From the IMG/VR virus record IMGVR_UViG_3300002180_000056, positions 1 through 26,577 of that record: a stretch of 26,577 nucleotides of DNA; one strand, written 5' to 3'. Made by a program: the position numbers and the translations under genes. The notes beneath the pieces were generated by a model. The model was not told the DNA's origin and did no database searches. It worked only from the letters and a program-made list of their open reading frames with translations. Source of the DNA: a virus (Duplodnaviria > Caudoviricetes). Positions 26,216 to 26,577 of the stretch are shown here, in pieces; positions within the stretch are counted from its first letter, which is position 1; every line of letters begins with the position of its first letter.

Positions 26216-26270
26216 GTTTAACAAGTCGTCAATCGGACGGCTACGCCGCCGCTTACTTTAGGCGTTACTC
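26216..26270 (+). repeat. attC site B9 (55 bp), last of array
   Basis: GTTTAAC AAGTC GT(C)AATCGG(A)CGGC TAC GCCGCCGCTTAC TTTAGGC GTTACTC. Confidence 0.9.
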
Positions 26271-26468
26271 AAACAACCCTCTAGCCTTACCGCACTCATT
26301 ACACTGCTTTGATGCTGAGTGACTCATAGCCACCAGAATCCAGATAGGAACCCAAATACCTACCGTAATAACGGATAGGATAAGGTGTAGGATATGGCTG
26401 GTGCTTTATGCCACATGTGCAGTGATTTTATTGCAGTGTCGGCACTTTTTCATAATCATGTTAGACAT
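26265..26468 (-). pseudogene. Zinc-ribbon plus transmembrane small protein with an internal stop
   Basis: MSNMIMKKCRHCNKITAHVA*STSHILHLILSVITVGIWVPIWILVAMSHSASKQCNECGKARGLFE; in-frame TAA at 26406-26408; GAGG RBS. Confidence 0.7.
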
Positions 26469-26505
26469 GGGTGTATCCTCGTTGTTTTCGTTTGTCTTGC
26501 TATTC

Positions 26506-26550
26506 AATATACACGCATATTTATACAATACAACCATTTTGCGTGTTTAT
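26506..26550 (-). promoter_or_regulatory. Leftward sigma70-like promoter/operator reading into array B
   Basis: TTGTAT (26528-26533)-16 bp-TATATT (26506-26511); overlapped by inverted ACACGCA/TGCGTGT. Confidence 0.55.
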
Positions 26551-26577
26551 TTTATATTCCTTCGCTTTCGCGTTGGT

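Larger units (their letters stand above)
23046..26270 (+). mobile_element. Integron-type cassette array B (9 cassettes, no integrase in window)
   Basis: Nine tandem attC sites, one ORF per cassette, core/inverse-core complementarity in each cassette. Confidence 0.92.

Noticed and set aside
23046-26270. CRISPR array or REP/BIME repeats as the explanation for the recurring palindromes
   Set aside because: Repeats vary in sequence and length, are separated by whole genes, and have attC core, inverse-core and unpaired-base features; no cas genes.
23472-26270. Intergenic hairpins as simple Rho-independent terminators
   Set aside because: No consistent U-tracts, three overlap start codons, and cassette-specific core complementarity is not explained by termination.
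14533-26577. Integron integrase or other tyrosine recombinase
   Set aside because: No ORF of suitable size with R-H-x-x-R-H-Y catalytic motifs in the window; it may lie outside.

Overview
Fragment of a tailed dsDNA phage or prophage with a podovirus-type (P22/BPP-1-like) virion module, probably infecting a Gammaproteobacterium (inference). Bases 1-14431 (+) are a continuous structural operon: portal C-terminus, scaffold, major capsid, cement, adaptor, gp10-like tail hub, ejection proteins and tailspike/fibre. Bases 14533-26577 (-) are the early/accessory arm: NinG, SSB-like, Gp157, Sak/Rad52, two HNH-AP2 endonucleases, a Dam-type methylase and many small ORFs. The standout is two integron-type gene-cassette arrays in the early arm (2 and 9 cassettes, 11 attC sites). 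Each begins with a near-identical 77-86 bp attI-like site. There is no integrase in the window, and every cassette ORF is antisense to the attC top strand. Three ORFs start inside their own attC, and one cassette gene has a non-cassette paralogue in the same phage. Also seen: a promoter-and-terminator-bounded antisense small RNA inside a 450 bp structured non-coding region, a c4-like structured leader before one HNH gene, and a duplicated operator/promoter motif. All calls are by eye and from remembered family motifs; no searches were run.
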